A DNA stretch of 64,000 nt from NCBI GenBank assembly GCA_963675755.2, contig CAXXMD010000003.1:1920001-1984000 (forward strand), read 5' to 3'. Positions 1-9,004 of the stretch are shown piece after piece (position 1 is the first letter of the stretch; each line of letters begins with the position of its first letter). The position numbers were made by a program, and so were the translations under genes. Origin of the DNA: a bacterium. Lineage in GTDB: Bacteria; Zhuqueibacterota; Zhuqueibacteria; Residuimicrobiales; Krinioviventaceae. Below the pieces are notes generated by a model. The model worked only from the letters and a program-made list of their open reading frames with translations. It was not told the DNA's origin and searched no databases.

Positions 1-606
1 CTCTACTTCCTGATTGCGGCTGCCGGGGAACAATCCCAAGATTGGATTGTCATTGTTCAAAGAATGCCCGGTCAGAAACTCGTCGCGTTCCATGCGGATC
101 TTGAGGCCTTCTACCAGAGGATGCCCAACAAAAGTGGTTTTGAGCCCGTATTTGTCGAAAAAGGTTTTTTCAAAACCAAAAATTACTGCCAGCTGATCGA
201 TGAATTTTGCCATTTTTTTTGCACGGCTTTGGTGCCATGCCCAAACCTGGGGTGCGATATAGTAAAATACCTTGCCGCCCAGAGAATGGATCTTTTTGGC
301 AAATCTCAGATTAAATCCGGGATAGTCGATCAGTACAACAATGTCGGGTTTTAAATCATTATATTTTTTCAACAGATCATTAAAGATACGGCGGAAAAAC
401 GGATAATGCTTGATCACTTCCCAGAATCCAATATAGGCGAGCTGGTCCACATGATAGTACAATTCCATACCGGCGTTTTTCATATTGTTGCCGCCAACAC
501 CGAAAATTTCCAAGTCCGGAGTTTGGGCTTTTAAAGCCTTAACCAGCTCTCCTCCGTGCAGGTCGCCAGAGGCTTCGCCCGCTATGATCATAATCCGTTT
601 GGGCAT
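1..606 (-). CDS. lpxB: Lipid-A-disaccharide synthase, N-terminal part (runs off the window edge)
   Basis: Not in the ORF track. Manual translation from ATG at 606 gives MPKRIMIIAGEASGDLHG...LIDYPGFNL...YYIAPQVWAW...FVGHPL...LFPGSR, the LpxB signature motifs. Confidence 0.95.
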   Translation of the reverse strand, partial: MPKRIMIIAGEASGDLHGGELVKALKAQTPDLEIFGVGGNNMKNAGMELYYHVDQLAYIGFWEVIKHYPFFRRIFNDLLKKYNDLKPDIVVLIDYPGFNLRFAKKIHSLGGKVFYYIAPQVWAWHQSRAKKMAKFIDQLAVIFGFEKTFFDKYGLKTTFVGHPLVEGLKIRMERDEFLTGHSLNNDNPILGLFPGSRNQEVE

Positions 607-611
607 TGTGA

Positions 612-1601
612 TTAGGCACCCATTTTCTGGTTTTTGATAATATCTGTAATTTGTGTGGCGATTTTAAGTGCTTTTAGTCCGTCTTTGCCACTTACAACGG
701 GTTCGGTACCGGTTTGGATTGCATTGAAAAAGCTCAGCCATTCAGCCTGCATTGCATCCTGTTCCGGGGGTTTGGGCTGATTGTAGATGATCTTGCGTTT
801 GTGTTTACCCTGTTCTATTTCGCCAAGGTTCATGGTTACAGGTTTGTCGTTTTCTTCATCAACAATTTCAAACACTTCGGTCAGGCGCTGTAAAAAGTCG
901 ATTGAAACATACGAGTCTCTTTGAAAAAGGCGCATCTTTCTCATCTTGCGTTGCGAGATGCGGCTGGCGGTTACATTGGCAACGCAACCGTTTTCAAATT
1001 CAATGCGCGCGTTGGCTATATCCACTTCATCGGAAACAACGGCAACACCATTGGCGTGAATATGTTTTACATCGCTTTTTACGAGACTGAGAAGGATGTC
1101 AATATCGTGGATCATTAAATCAAGTATAACCGCCACATCAGTACCCCGGGGATTAAAAGGCGCAAGCCTGTGCGATTCAATGAAAAGCGGATTGAATGGG
1201 TGATCGTCCATTGCGCGAATAGCGGGATTAAAACGTTCAATGTGCCCGGTTTGCAGGGCAAGGTTTTTTTCGGCAGCTAACGCTGTCATTTCTTCTGCTT
1301 CCGGTATGGTTACCGCAATGGGTTTTTCCACAAAGACGGGTTTTCCTGCATTCAGTGCCTGTAAAGTATATTGGTGATGATAGGTGGTGGGAACAATGAT
1401 GCCCACAGCATCAACAGCGTTAAGCAAGTCATCTGCGGAATCAAACGCTTTGCAACCATATTTTTGAGCAATTTCTGCAGTCCGTTCTTTATCTGTATCA
1501 AAAATACCAACCAGATTTGCCTGGTCCAGTTTTGTTAATGAATTACAGTGAAATTCACCCAGTTTTCCTACACCGATCAGACCGGTTTTGATTGCTGTCA
1601 T
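612..1601 (-). CDS. Gfo/Idh/MocA family NAD-dependent oxidoreductase (GnnA-like)
   Basis: GxGxxG, VEKP, GHIERFNPA and DLMIHDID motifs; directly upstream of lpxB. Confidence 0.85.
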   Translation of the reverse strand: MTAIKTGLIGVGKLGEFHCNSLTKLDQANLVGIFDTDKERTAEIAQKYGCKAFDSADDLLNAVDAVGIIVPTTYHHQYTLQALNAGKPVFVEKPIAVTIPEAEEMTALAAEKNLALQTGHIERFNPAIRAMDDHPFNPLFIESHRLAPFNPRGTDVAVILDLMIHDIDILLSLVKSDVKHIHANGVAVVSDEVDIANARIEFENGCVANVTASRISQRKMRKMRLFQRDSYVSIDFLQRLTEVFEIVDEENDKPVTMNLGEIEQGKHKRKIIYNQPKPPEQDAMQAEWLSFFNAIQTGTEPVVSGKDGLKALKIATQITDIIKNQKMGA

Positions 1602-1679
1602 AATTCATGTTCCTTATTCTGTTTGGAAAATTCAATGCAAATGTACTTAAAAAAGGTCAAAATGCCAAAAACAATCTGT

Positions 1680-2138
1680 TTACCAGATCTCCTTTAACAG
1701 ATCTGCAATGACTTGCAATCCTTCGGCATCTGTTTCATCAAAATCGTCCAGTTGGGCACTGTCTATGTCGAGAATGGCCCTGAGGTTGTTATTTTGATCA
1801 AATACAGGTACAACGATCTCTGAATTTGAACGGTCGTCGCAGGCTACGTGTCCCGGGAATTCGTGAACATTGGGTACAATTATGGTTTCCTTTTTATTGG
1901 CACAAGCCGCACAAACGCCCTTGTCGAGGGAGAGTTTAACACATGCCGGAGGTCCCTGAAAAGGGCCCAGCAATAGGTAACCGGTATAGCTGAAATAAAA
2001 GCCAGCCCAGAAATAGTTTGGGAAATATTCTTTTAATATTGCGCTTGTATTGGCCAAAGTGGGTACCGGATCAATGCTGCGCAAAACCTGTGCTCTGACC
2101 CGTTTTGCCGCCCATTTATATGCTTCTGTTTTATTCAT
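1680..2138 (-). CDS. GAF-domain protein, free methionine-R-sulfoxide reductase (MsrC/YebR)-like
   Basis: WAGFY, LGPFQGPPAC, GVC, FPGHVACD, SEIVVP, LDIDS motifs; start moved to ATG 2138, which has a GAGAGG SD. Confidence 0.85.
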   Translation of the reverse strand: MNKTEAYKWAAKRVRAQVLRSIDPVPTLANTSAILKEYFPNYFWAGFYFSYTGYLLLGPFQGPPACVKLSLDKGVCAACANKKETIIVPNVHEFPGHVACDDRSNSEIVVPVFDQNNNLRAILDIDSAQLDDFDETDAEGLQVIADLLKEIW

Positions 2139-2145
2139 GGTCCTC

Positions 2146-2685
2146 TCAAAGATTTGGATAATGTTTTTCAAATTCTGAAACAAATATTATCCGGTATGCC
2201 GGATAATTTGCCATGCGATACGATTCAGAGTGATGCATGGCAGGATAATTCCCTTCCCAGGCGTTTTGGTCCAGTTCATGGAACTGGTCCAGTGTATAAG
2301 AAATTTTTTGATTTTGTGCAAGCTCCATGGTTTTCCACCACAGGCTTTTAAAGTTTTTTTTCTTTTCAACAAAATGCAGGGCTGTCTGGTATTTCATTTC
2401 CCAAATGGATTCTGCTGTTATCCCATTGGCTTTTGCGGTCTGAAAATTGATCCTAACAACTGTGTGGTCTGTTGATACAGGCACCAGTAGTGGTTTGTCA
2501 GTATTCTCCGGGACCTCTTGCCATTCTTTTAACAGATACGCATGGGCTTTATCTACATGTTGCAACATATGTCTGGGCCCCATGGTTCCCTGGTAAAGCA
2601 GTTTGTAAATATCCTGAACGGATATCTCCTGGTACAGATTGAAATGAATTTGTAAAAGGTCCAGCAGCTTTTCGTATTTATGCAT
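2146..2685 (-). CDS. Hypothetical protein (QDIYKLLYQG..GPRH and HHSESYR...YPAYR motifs)
   Basis: 179-aa ORF overlapping the upstream gene and tightly coupled to the downstream gene. Confidence 0.7.
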   Translation of the reverse strand: MHKYEKLLDLLQIHFNLYQEISVQDIYKLLYQGTMGPRHMLQHVDKAHAYLLKEWQEVPENTDKPLLVPVSTDHTVVRINFQTAKANGITAESIWEMKYQTALHFVEKKKNFKSLWWKTMELAQNQKISYTLDQFHELDQNAWEGNYPAMHHSESYRMANYPAYRIIFVSEFEKHYPNL

Positions 2686-3571
2686 CAGGGTCCCATCCTT
2701 TGTTCAGCACGAATTCCATCCAATATACCAGATATTTCCATTCATCATATTGTTCAAATATCTGTTCAATTTGTCCGGTTTCCGGTTTGGTACCGTTGAA
2801 ATATGTCCGGGTCATGTAGGATATAACCAGACTGTCTATAGATAATTCTTCAAATCTGCCATATAACGCGCAAAGGTAGCGGGCAGTGACTTTGCCGATC
2901 CCTTTATGATTTAAAAAGAACTGAAAAAGTTCTGAATAGGTATTGTGAGTATATGCTGTTTCCGGATTTTCATTCTTGTACCTGTTGGCGAGTTCTATGA
3001 GATAAGCACTGCGATACCCAACACGTCCTGTATCTCTGAGATAGCTTTCGCTTGCATCAAGAATTTGTTGCGGTGAAGGAAAAACATGAAATGTTGTCCC
3101 CGGCACCACATCACCCAGTTCTGCAATAGTATTTACCATTTTTACGGCTTGTTTCCACATAACATTGGTGCCGCAGATGCTTTTAAAAACATCCTGGAAG
3201 ACATTGGGAGAACGCATCAAACGTCCCATTCCTTGCTGTGGTAATTGTTTTAACGTTGGATGCTTTGAGCAGATTTGGTAAAAATCGCTTAAATCAAGAT
3301 CCAGATTAAAGACCAGGCGAAACTGGTTAATGATTTCATCCTTGTCTGTCGCGGCATTGTTGTGCGTCTTGAATAAAAGTTTTGTATGTTCCGGCCCTGA
3401 TTCCTGCTCCTGGATAGAAATCGCAATGGGGCCGTTTTGTGATGTATTCAATGCCCAGTTCAGGGTATTTGTGGAATCATCCCAATAAAAGGGAACAAGT
3501 TGAAACCAGCCATGTGATTTGACTGTGTTTGCAAGGTCGAAAGGCTTTGCTACGAAATATTCAAACATCAT
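2678..3571 (-). CDS. HhH-GPD superfamily DNA glycosylase (AlkA/OGG-like)
   Basis: FPSP, GYRS, HhH-like KGIGKVTA and downstream Asp (SIDS); start moved to 3571 to avoid overlap with the divergent OsmC gene. Confidence 0.75.
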   Translation of the reverse strand: MMFEYFVAKPFDLANTVKSHGWFQLVPFYWDDSTNTLNWALNTSQNGPIAISIQEQESGPEHTKLLFKTHNNAATDKDEIINQFRLVFNLDLDLSDFYQICSKHPTLKQLPQQGMGRLMRSPNVFQDVFKSICGTNVMWKQAVKMVNTIAELGDVVPGTTFHVFPSPQQILDASESYLRDTGRVGYRSAYLIELANRYKNENPETAYTHNTYSELFQFFLNHKGIGKVTARYLCALYGRFEELSIDSLVISYMTRTYFNGTKPETGQIEQIFEQYDEWKYLVYWMEFVLNKGWDPDA

Positions 3572-3655
3572 GTTGAATGATTTGAATCCTTTTGTTAATA
3601 ATCTCATCAAATTAATAAAAAGAATACAAAGAAACAACGAGTAAGGAGAAAAATT

Positions 3656-4054
3656 TTGGATATAAAAGTAACTTTTCCCGGTGGTCTTAGAGTAGATGCC
3701 CAATACGGACCGATGACAATTCCCACAAACCAGGACGGAACCGCACCTCCACCATTTGCGCTTTTTTTAGCGTCTATTGGTACATGCGCGGGAATTTATG
3801 TAAAATCATTTTGTGATCAGCGCGGTGTTTCAACCGACGGTATAGAGATTATCCAGCGGATGTATACAGACCCGGCTACTCACCTAATTGGCAAAATGGA
3901 ATTGAATATACACTTGCCGGAAAATTTTCCGGAAAAATATAAAGATGCTGTAATTCGTGCGGCAGATCAATGTGCTGTAAAAAAACATTTGCTTAAACCG
4001 CCTACCATAGAGGTAAACGCTTTTATTGCTAACGAAAGTGCTGTCAATGGTTAA
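3656..4054 (+). CDS. OsmC family protein
   Basis: PFALFLASIGTCAG and CAVKK cysteine pair; TTG start with AAGGAG SD. Confidence 0.85.
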   Translation: MDIKVTFPGGLRVDAQYGPMTIPTNQDGTAPPPFALFLASIGTCAGIYVKSFCDQRGVSTDGIEIIQRMYTDPATHLIGKMELNIHLPENFPEKYKDAVIRAADQCAVKKHLLKPPTIEVNAFIANESAVNG

Positions 4055-4093
4055 ACAATTCGGGCTCTGTACTCCATCGCAGGGCCCGGTTGT
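4055..4093. terminator. Hairpin between convergent genes (possible bidirectional terminator)
   Basis: ACAATTCGGGCTCTG...CAGGGCCCGGTTGT imperfect inverted repeat. Confidence 0.5.
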
Positions 4094-4094
4094 A

Positions 4095-4766
4095 TTATAT
4101 TAAAAGATCTTTCCAAACGTTATGATTTATCTTTAACGTTTTGTCATTCCACTCGAGTTTATTTTCCTGTTTTAATCTGAGCAATAATCGGGACAAGGAT
4201 TCCGGGGTTGTTCCTATGGATGCCGCTACATCTTTTTTCGATAGCTTGAGTTCAATGGTCTCCTTTTCTCCAAACATTTCCTTTATAAACAGAAACAATC
4301 TTTCTTCCACATCATGAGTGCTGAGATATTTGATCTGATTGGCCAGATATCGCTGTTTTTTCATCTGCATGCTGATAAAGTCGTTGCGGAAATCCGGTCT
4401 TTCCAGCAGACAGTGTATTTGTATTTTGGGTAATACATACACCTGTCCACTGGTTAATGCCCTTGCTGATACGGGATAGCTGTCCTGCTCAAATAGGATC
4501 ACTTCGGCAAATAATTCACCGGGTTTAACGGTTTTAATAACAATCTCTTTACCATCACCGGTTGTTTTAAATAGCTGCAAGTTTCCTGAAACACAGTGGT
4601 ATATTGCATGACCACTGGTGCCTTCAAGAAACAGGATCTGTTTTTTTGAAATGTTTTTGGGTATGCATATTTCTGCCAGAGCTTTGCGGCTTTTATCTGA
4701 CAGTCCCTGGAAATATGTAGAGGCTTTGAGATTGTTTTCTATTGTTAATAATAGATCGGCAGTCAT
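4095..4766 (-). CDS. Crp/Fnr family transcriptional regulator (HcpR/Dnr-like, no FNR cysteine cluster)
   Basis: cNMP-like domain (PGELFAE) and HTH with TTPESLSR recognition helix. Confidence 0.9.
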   Translation of the reverse strand: MTADLLLTIENNLKASTYFQGLSDKSRKALAEICIPKNISKKQILFLEGTSGHAIYHCVSGNLQLFKTTGDGKEIVIKTVKPGELFAEVILFEQDSYPVSARALTSGQVYVLPKIQIHCLLERPDFRNDFISMQMKKQRYLANQIKYLSTHDVEERLFLFIKEMFGEKETIELKLSKKDVAASIGTTPESLSRLLLRLKQENKLEWNDKTLKINHNVWKDLLI

Positions 4767-4801
4767 AAATTTTCCCGTTTTTTTAGAAAATAGACATTCA
4801 C

Positions 4802-4815
4802 TTGATGTGAATCAA
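4802..4815. promoter_or_regulatory. Perfect FNR-type box TTGAT-GTGA-ATCAA
   Basis: Exact TTGAT-N4-ATCAA match in the divergent gap between the Crp/Fnr gene and the Fe-S gene. Confidence 0.8.
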
Positions 4816-4874
4816 GGATTTTTCAAGCATTTTATACTATTTTAATCCAGTCAAAAGAACAAACGAGGTGCAGA

Positions 4875-5723
4875 ATGAAACGACAGATAATTAATATAGA
4901 TGAAGAGAAATGCACAGGTTGCGGACTGTGTATTCCCGGATGCCCCGAAGGTGCTATTCAGATGATAGACGGAAAAGCGAGACTGGTTAGTGATCTGTTT
5001 TGTGATGGATTAGGGGCCTGTCTGGGCCATTGTCCTGAAGGTGCAATAACCATTGAAGAGCGTGAAGCAGAACCGTATAATGAAGCCCGTGTTATGGAGA
5101 ATATCATCAAGGCGGGTTCAAATACAATCAAAGCGCATCTCAAACATTTAAAAGACCATAACGAAACCGATTATTATAATCAGGCAGTCAATATCTTGAA
5201 GGAAAAAGGAATTGCAGTGCCGGAAGATAATGAGATTCCGGTTCATCACACTGGCTGTCCCGGGTCAAAAGCTTTGGAATTTAACAAGACAGAGGTTATC
5301 TCGGATGCGAATCAAGAAGCGGATGGACACCGCTCCTCTCAACTGCGACACTGGCCGGTACAAATGCACCTGATCTCTCCCAATGCTCCGCAATACCGTA
5401 ACGCGGATGTGCTGCTGGCAGCAGATTGTGTGGCATTTAGCGTTGGAGATTTCCACAAAGATTATTTAAAAGGCAAATCTTTGGCTATTGCTTGTCCCAA
5501 ATTAGACAGCGGTACAGATGTTTATTTGGAAAAATTGGTTGCCATGATTGATCATGCAGAAATTAACACCTTAACTGTTATGATCATGCAGGTGCCTTGC
5601 TGCAGGGGATTGATCATGCTTGCGCAGCAAGCGGTTGAGCAGGCGCAGCGCAAAGTTCCTATTAAAGGGATTGTTGTCAGTGTGGAAGGCGAGTTGTTAA
5701 GAGAAGAATGGTTGAGTGTTTAA
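4875..5723 (+). CDS. 4Fe-4S dicluster protein with Cys-rich C-terminal domain
   Basis: CTGCGLCIPGCP and CDGLGACLGHCP motifs; WPVQMHL, ADC, ACPKLD, VPCC. Confidence 0.85.
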   Translation: MKRQIINIDEEKCTGCGLCIPGCPEGAIQMIDGKARLVSDLFCDGLGACLGHCPEGAITIEEREAEPYNEARVMENIIKAGSNTIKAHLKHLKDHNETDYYNQAVNILKEKGIAVPEDNEIPVHHTGCPGSKALEFNKTEVISDANQEADGHRSSQLRHWPVQMHLISPNAPQYRNADVLLAADCVAFSVGDFHKDYLKGKSLAIACPKLDSGTDVYLEKLVAMIDHAEINTLTVMIMQVPCCRGLIMLAQQAVEQAQRKVPIKGIVVSVEGELLREEWLSV

Positions 5724-5757
5724 TGTTGTGATTTATCTTGAATATTCATATTTTAGT

Positions 5758-5793
5758 AACGCCAAAAGAAACCGGTTCTTTTGGCGTTTTTTT
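5758..5793 (+). terminator. Intrinsic terminator
   Basis: AACGCCAAAAGAA-ACCGG-TTCTTTTGGCGTT followed by a T run. Confidence 0.8.
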
Positions 5794-5916
5794 ATGAGTA
5801 GAAATTCTTTGAAATATTTACGATTTTTTTTTGTTAAATCTATTGAAATGATCCATATAAATTTCCCTTAAAAATTGATTATGTAATGATAAAAACAGAA
5901 AAAAAGGAGCAACACA

Positions 5917-6417
5917 ATGATCTCTAAAGCAATGGAAAAAGCACTAAACGAGCAAATTAACAAAGAACTGTTTTCTTCATATTTGTACTTTGCTATGGCT
6001 TCTTATTTTGAAAGTGAAAACTTTGACGGTATGGCAGGATTTATGAAAGCCCAGGCTCAGGAAGAAGTGGGACACGCCATGAAGTTTTACGGTTATGTTA
6101 ATGATCAGGGTGGACGCGTTGTACTTGAAGCGATTGAAAAACCGGCAAGTGATTTTGATGGTCCGATGGATATTTTTGAACAGTCTTTAAAGCATGAAAA
6201 ATATATTACCGGCAGTATTAATACTCTGGTAGATTTGGCGATCAAAGAAAATGATCATGCTACCAAAACCTTTTTGGATTGGTTTGTATCCGAACAGGTT
6301 GAAGAAGAAGATTCTATGGACAAGATTGTTAATAAATTAAAGATGGTTGGAAACGCTGGACATGCAATGCTGATGATTGACGCTCAACTTGGTGCTCGTG
6401 CAGGTGGCGGACATTAA
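5917..6417 (+). CDS. ftnA: Non-heme ferritin
   Basis: LNEQINKELFSSYLY, EEVGHA, HEKYIT, WFVSEQVEEE ferroxidase motifs. Confidence 0.95.
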   Translation: MISKAMEKALNEQINKELFSSYLYFAMASYFESENFDGMAGFMKAQAQEEVGHAMKFYGYVNDQGGRVVLEAIEKPASDFDGPMDIFEQSLKHEKYITGSINTLVDLAIKENDHATKTFLDWFVSEQVEEEDSMDKIVNKLKMVGNAGHAMLMIDAQLGARAGGGH

Positions 6418-6434
6418 ACAGATATTTCTTTTTT

Positions 6435-6474
6435 AAAAAGGGCCCTTGTCATTTGACAGGGGCCCTTTTTTTTT
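6435..6474. terminator. Bidirectional intrinsic terminator
   Basis: AAAAAGGGCCCTTGTCA-TT-TGACAGGGGCCCTTTTTTTTT between convergent ferritin and phytase genes. Confidence 0.85.
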
Positions 6475-6490
6475 GTGCGTGGCGAAAATG

Positions 6491-7543
6491 TTATTTTTTT
6501 ATCTCCAGAGTGTTACCAGCGATTTGTTCCCAGGCATAATACTGAAACGTCTTGTTGGTTGACATGGCTACAAATATACCATGTGGAAACTGTTCATTCA
6601 GATAACCGCTGTAAATATCGGAACCGTCGCTTTCATGAGTAGAGACATTCACGGATTTTAATAAAGGATGTTCATGTTTGTTGGTTTTTGTGCCTTCACG
6701 GGGATATATATTAAACCGGTCTGCCTGCTGGTCGGATACCAGGATATACCCCTTGCCGTTACCCAGATCATAAATAGAAATACCTTCACGATCATTTGTG
6801 AAATTATCCGTACCGAACAATGCCAGTTCCATATTCGCGTTGGGTGATTCGGGATCAGCCGGGTATTTGCGGATGCCGGTTTTTTCATCGCAATAATAGA
6901 CATAGCCTAGCTCGTCGTCTACTGCAATGGCTTCAATTTCTTTGGTGCCGCTCCAGGTGCCGAATTTACGTACAAGGTCCGCTTTTACCATACCATTGCC
7001 GTCATCCTGCAAACGATACTGCCAGAGGTAGGCGTCGGTAGCACCTTTTTTGCGTCCCACAATCGCGAAAATGGCCTTGTCGGACGGACGTTTGTAAAGT
7101 GCAATGCCCATGGGCGCGCGGAGCGAGTCACCCTCGAACACGGCAATACCACCATTATCAATGGATTTCATGTCGGGCAAGCTGAAAATGCGGATCTGGT
7201 TGTTTAACCGTTCTGTGGTTACACAAATATCGGTAGGGATTCCGTTTAACGGCAGTCCGTATTCAATATCTACATTGTTGGGGCGTTTCAGATTGTGGAC
7301 ACATTTATCGGCTACTATTTTGCCGCCAAGATCGAATACATAGAGTCTACCGTCTTTGTCTTTATCCGTACCGATAATCAGGCTTTTTTCGGGATCGTCC
7401 GGGCACACCCAGATAGCCGGATCATCCGTGTCATATTGCACCGGTTCGGTTACAATTGCGGGGATTAGTTTCTCGTCTGCCGGAGGAGGAGTACATCCAT
7501 AAATCAGCGCCAGTATCAATATCATTACATATTTGTGCATCAA
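6491..7543 (-). CDS. Beta-propeller phytase (3-phytase), probable lipoprotein
   Basis: DTDDPAIW, IIGTDK, NNVDIEYG, EIEAIAVDD, DREG, LVSDQ, SDG motifs; IYGC lipobox-like site. Confidence 0.9.
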   Translation of the reverse strand: MMHKYVMILILALIYGCTPPPADEKLIPAIVTEPVQYDTDDPAIWVCPDDPEKSLIIGTDKDKDGRLYVFDLGGKIVADKCVHNLKRPNNVDIEYGLPLNGIPTDICVTTERLNNQIRIFSLPDMKSIDNGGIAVFEGDSLRAPMGIALYKRPSDKAIFAIVGRKKGATDAYLWQYRLQDDGNGMVKADLVRKFGTWSGTKEIEAIAVDDELGYVYYCDEKTGIRKYPADPESPNANMELALFGTDNFTNDREGISIYDLGNGKGYILVSDQQADRFNIYPREGTKTNKHEHPLLKSVNVSTHESDGSDIYSGYLNEQFPHGIFVAMSTNKTFQYYAWEQIAGNTLEIKK

Positions 7544-7617
7544 ATCGTCCTCATGTTAAAAGTATCAATATAACAATTTTTATGAAAAAGATATGATCAA
7601 AATATTAAAAAGAAATG

Positions 7618-7654
7618 AAAAAAGCAGGGATTGTTTTTATAGATCCCTACTTTG
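7618..7654 (-). terminator. Intrinsic terminator ending the receptor operon
   Basis: Minus strand reads AAAGTAGGGAT...ATCCCTGCTTTT followed by a T run. Confidence 0.55.
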
Positions 7655-7668
7655 AAAGAAAGGGGGTA

Positions 7669-8181
7669 TTAAAAATTCAAATTTAAAGCTATACCGACAG
7701 AGCGGGATTGCGGCAGATAACAGGGCGCAAGGGAAAGGTTGATGTTTTTATCATTGTATTCCTGAACAGATTTGGGAGTTTTCCACAAGTTCCAGATTGC
7801 AGTAGTTAAGAATACTGTGGTCATGACACCAACTGCTACATCTTCACCCTCATTATCATTGAATATATTTAAATAGAGTAATGCAGTCCCTGTTCTGAGA
7901 CCGGTACCAATATAAAATCGTTTCATATCTTGAGCATAATAGTTACCCATGGATGGACCAGCAAGTAATCCGTACCACATCACCCACTCTGCGAGATTGT
8001 GTTTTTGGTTTTTCTCCAAGTAGTAACCTAAAAACGGAGGCGCTATAGTATTTGTTATTCCAATTGTTGAGGCAAGGATTTTACTTTTAGGGGTCTTTGA
8101 TGATGCCGAGTTTATATTTTGAGAGTAAAGACAATTTGACAATATTATAATAAAGAGTACTGAATGGATTAAATTTTTCAT
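7669..8181 (-). CDS. Hypothetical exported/membrane protein
   Basis: Signal peptide from MKNLIH (8181), hydrophobic segments, terminal Phe (LNLNF). Confidence 0.65.
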   Translation of the reverse strand: MKNLIHSVLFIIILSNCLYSQNINSASSKTPKSKILASTIGITNTIAPPFLGYYLEKNQKHNLAEWVMWYGLLAGPSMGNYYAQDMKRFYIGTGLRTGTALLYLNIFNDNEGEDVAVGVMTTVFLTTAIWNLWKTPKSVQEYNDKNINLSLAPCYLPQSRSVGIALNLNF

Positions 8182-8188
8182 TTTTATC

Positions 8189-9004
8189 TCACTCGTTACT
8201 ATTAAATAAATATATTTCACAGCTATCGCTATTAAATGCGGTAAAAACACCATAACCGTTATTGATATTTGAACTAGTCCCGATGAATTTTTCTTCTACT
8301 TGAAACAAGTATGAAATTAAATTTATATATTCCATATTTACGCGATATACAATGAAAATATATTTGCCTTCATTTTGGTAGGTCCAATAATAGTGATTAA
8401 AATTGAATTCACTTTTTGTCCAGTGTTTTTCAAAAGATTGACGAGTACCTGAATTCGTAGTTAATAGAGGCCAATTGGTTCCGAATTGTGGAATCATATT
8501 AACAGTATAATAAACATTTTCGCTGTCAGGAGATGTCCATTTAACAGAGAACATAGATTCCGGATTCTCATAGTAGCGAGAGGGTTGGCTGAAAAATAAT
8601 GTATCTTTGGATAAATATGTAATTGATGGTTTATAAGGCACCCACGTACTTCCTGTTGCAGTTGTGCCATTGTGGGTAACCGATATGGAAATTGAATCAC
8701 CTGCATTTATAGACAAGTCATCTCCCGTATAATGGTAATACCCGCTGTCACCAGGAGTTAAGGAAAGGGGGTAAGGATTATTGTTTTTATAGAGAAAAAC
8801 CTCAGCATTATTAATAGGTTGTTGCCAACTTGATTCATCAAAAGATGCCAAAGTAGAAATTTTAATATCATTAACGGGTTTATTGGCATAAAGATAACCT
8901 TGTATTACAATGCCTTCTCCCTCTGAGATTACAGGATTTTCTATTTTATCACAGCCAAAGAATAACAAAATTGGAAATAAAATTGTTAATAATATATTTT
9001 TCAT
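8189..9004 (-). CDS. DUF4249-like lipoprotein, partner of TonB-dependent receptor A
   Basis: Lipobox FFGC, IVIQGYL, C-terminal SNINNGYGVF; start overlaps the receptor stop. Confidence 0.8.
   Translation of the reverse strand: MKNILLTILFPILLFFGCDKIENPVISEGEGIVIQGYLYANKPVNDIKISTLASFDESSWQQPINNAEVFLYKNNNPYPLSLTPGDSGYYHYTGDDLSINAGDSISISVTHNGTTATGSTWVPYKPSITYLSKDTLFFSQPSRYYENPESMFSVKWTSPDSENVYYTVNMIPQFGTNWPLLTTNSGTRQSFEKHWTKSEFNFNHYYWTYQNEGKYIFIVYRVNMEYINLISYLFQVEEKFIGTSSNINNGYGVFTAFNSDSCEIYLFNSNE

Noticed and set aside
14-354. Plus-strand ORFs at the window start
   Set aside because: Antisense shadows of lpxB
6491-9004. Phytase as part of the receptor operon (phytate uptake)
   Set aside because: A terminator-like hairpin at 7618-7654 separates them; only proximity supports the link
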